IMG/VR virus record: IMGVR_UViG_3300030376_004069
Coordinates: 1 to 24,297 of that record
Length of the DNA stretch: 24,297 nucleotides
DNA from: a virus
Lineage: Duplodnaviria; Caudoviricetes
Reading direction: 5' to 3' (one strand)
The notes beneath the pieces were generated by a model. It saw only the letters and a program-made list of their open reading frames with translations. It had not been told where the DNA came from and ran no database searches. This document shows, piece by piece, positions 23,673 to 24,297 of the stretch. Positions within the stretch are counted from its first letter, which is position 1. Every line of letters starts with the position of its first letter. Position numbers and translations under genes: made by a program.

Positions 23673-24297
23673 ACAATGTTATCCTTCTTTTTTCCTCATA
23701 ATCATCGTCATCCAAATCGTTAGAATGCGTTACAAACCAACCTTTTCGCAGCCTCAACCATGCCTGTGTGCAGGTGTCAACAATGTCATCATTGTCGGTC
23801 GCAGGGAAAGCTGCACAAATATCAATTAAATTCTTAGCCCATTTTTTGTCAGAAGGATAGTAAATTCTTCCATCTTCTAAAAGAGCCGATGATGCATGGG
23901 CACGAGCTTCCTTGTCTCTGTCAGGCATATACTCTAAAACAGGCACACCTGCCATGCGTAAATCTTGCAGCAGAGATTGGCCAGATGCCTTCTTTTCTAT
24001 TAATACTGCGTCAGGTTCCCAGTCGTAATATGCTTCTTGTGCGAGCTTTCTTAATTCAGGATAGCTGACACGATCATACCACATCTCTAACACCATTGCA
24101 TTTATCTGGCCATTCATGCGGAAAACTCCCCAAGTTGTGCGGGCAGAATAAGATGACTTTTCTTTAACGCTGAATGCTGTATCCCAAGATTGCAAAACAT
24201 ATTCTATTTCGGGAAGGTCGTCTTTTTCCCATGGCACCCACCACTCAGCTTTTAGAATACCGCCACCTTTGGGCATTGGTCGTTGTTGTAGCTGACC
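23665..24297 (-). CDS. terL: Terminase large subunit, C-terminal RNase H-like nuclease domain (5' partial)
   Basis: Frame open to the window edge (GQLQQRPMPKGGG...). Motifs SWDTAF, IEKKASGQSLLQDL, DKEARA and AFP...DDIVDTCTQA. Confidence 0.92.
   Translation of the reverse strand, partial: GQLQQRPMPKGGGILKAEWWVPWEKDDLPEIEYVLQSWDTAFSVKEKSSYSARTTWGVFRMNGQINAMVLEMWYDRVSYPELRKLAQEAYYDWEPDAVLIEKKASGQSLLQDLRMAGVPVLEYMPDRDKEARAHASSALLEDGRIYYPSDKKWAKNLIDICAAFPATDNDDIVDTCTQAWLRLRKGWFVTHSNDLDDDDYEEKRRITLYG

Noticed and set aside
24274-24276. ATG 24276 as the start of a 203-aa gene
   Set aside because: The frame stays open to the window edge, so this is an internal Met of the terminase.
1-24297. Stop-codon reassignment or programmed frameshift joining the small ORFs
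   Set aside because: TAA, TAG and TGA all end genes cleanly before new starts, and long genes are intact in the standard code. The A-runs are explained by Lys codons, though slippage cannot be excluded without Ribo-seq.

Overview
This window is the virion morphogenesis region of a tailed dsDNA phage with podovirus-like architecture. It resembles uncultured marine phages of Alphaproteobacteria; that lineage call is recalled, not verified. All credible genes lie on the minus strand in one dense, largely translationally coupled run. Gene order from the right edge: terminase large subunit (partial); P22-like portal; an accessory block of about 6 kb; phage GroES; scaffold; major capsid; head-tail and tail proteins; tail fibre; a lysis cassette (3-TM holin, GH19 endolysin); tail nozzle; and a partial internal virion protein. 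The accessory block contains a very acidic 589-aa protein, two acidic Met-rich proteins, eight tiny Lys/Arg-rich proteins (several missing from the ORF track), two membrane proteins and a ParB-like protein. The most unusual signals are: (1) the cassette of protamine/histone-like microproteins beside acidic partners; (2) an LASKL motif shared by three adjacent unrelated proteins; (3) a virion protein with tandem cupredoxin-like repeats, one of which has lost all four copper ligands; and (4) two structured intergenic RNA leaders. No tRNA, rRNA, CRISPR array or mobile element was seen.
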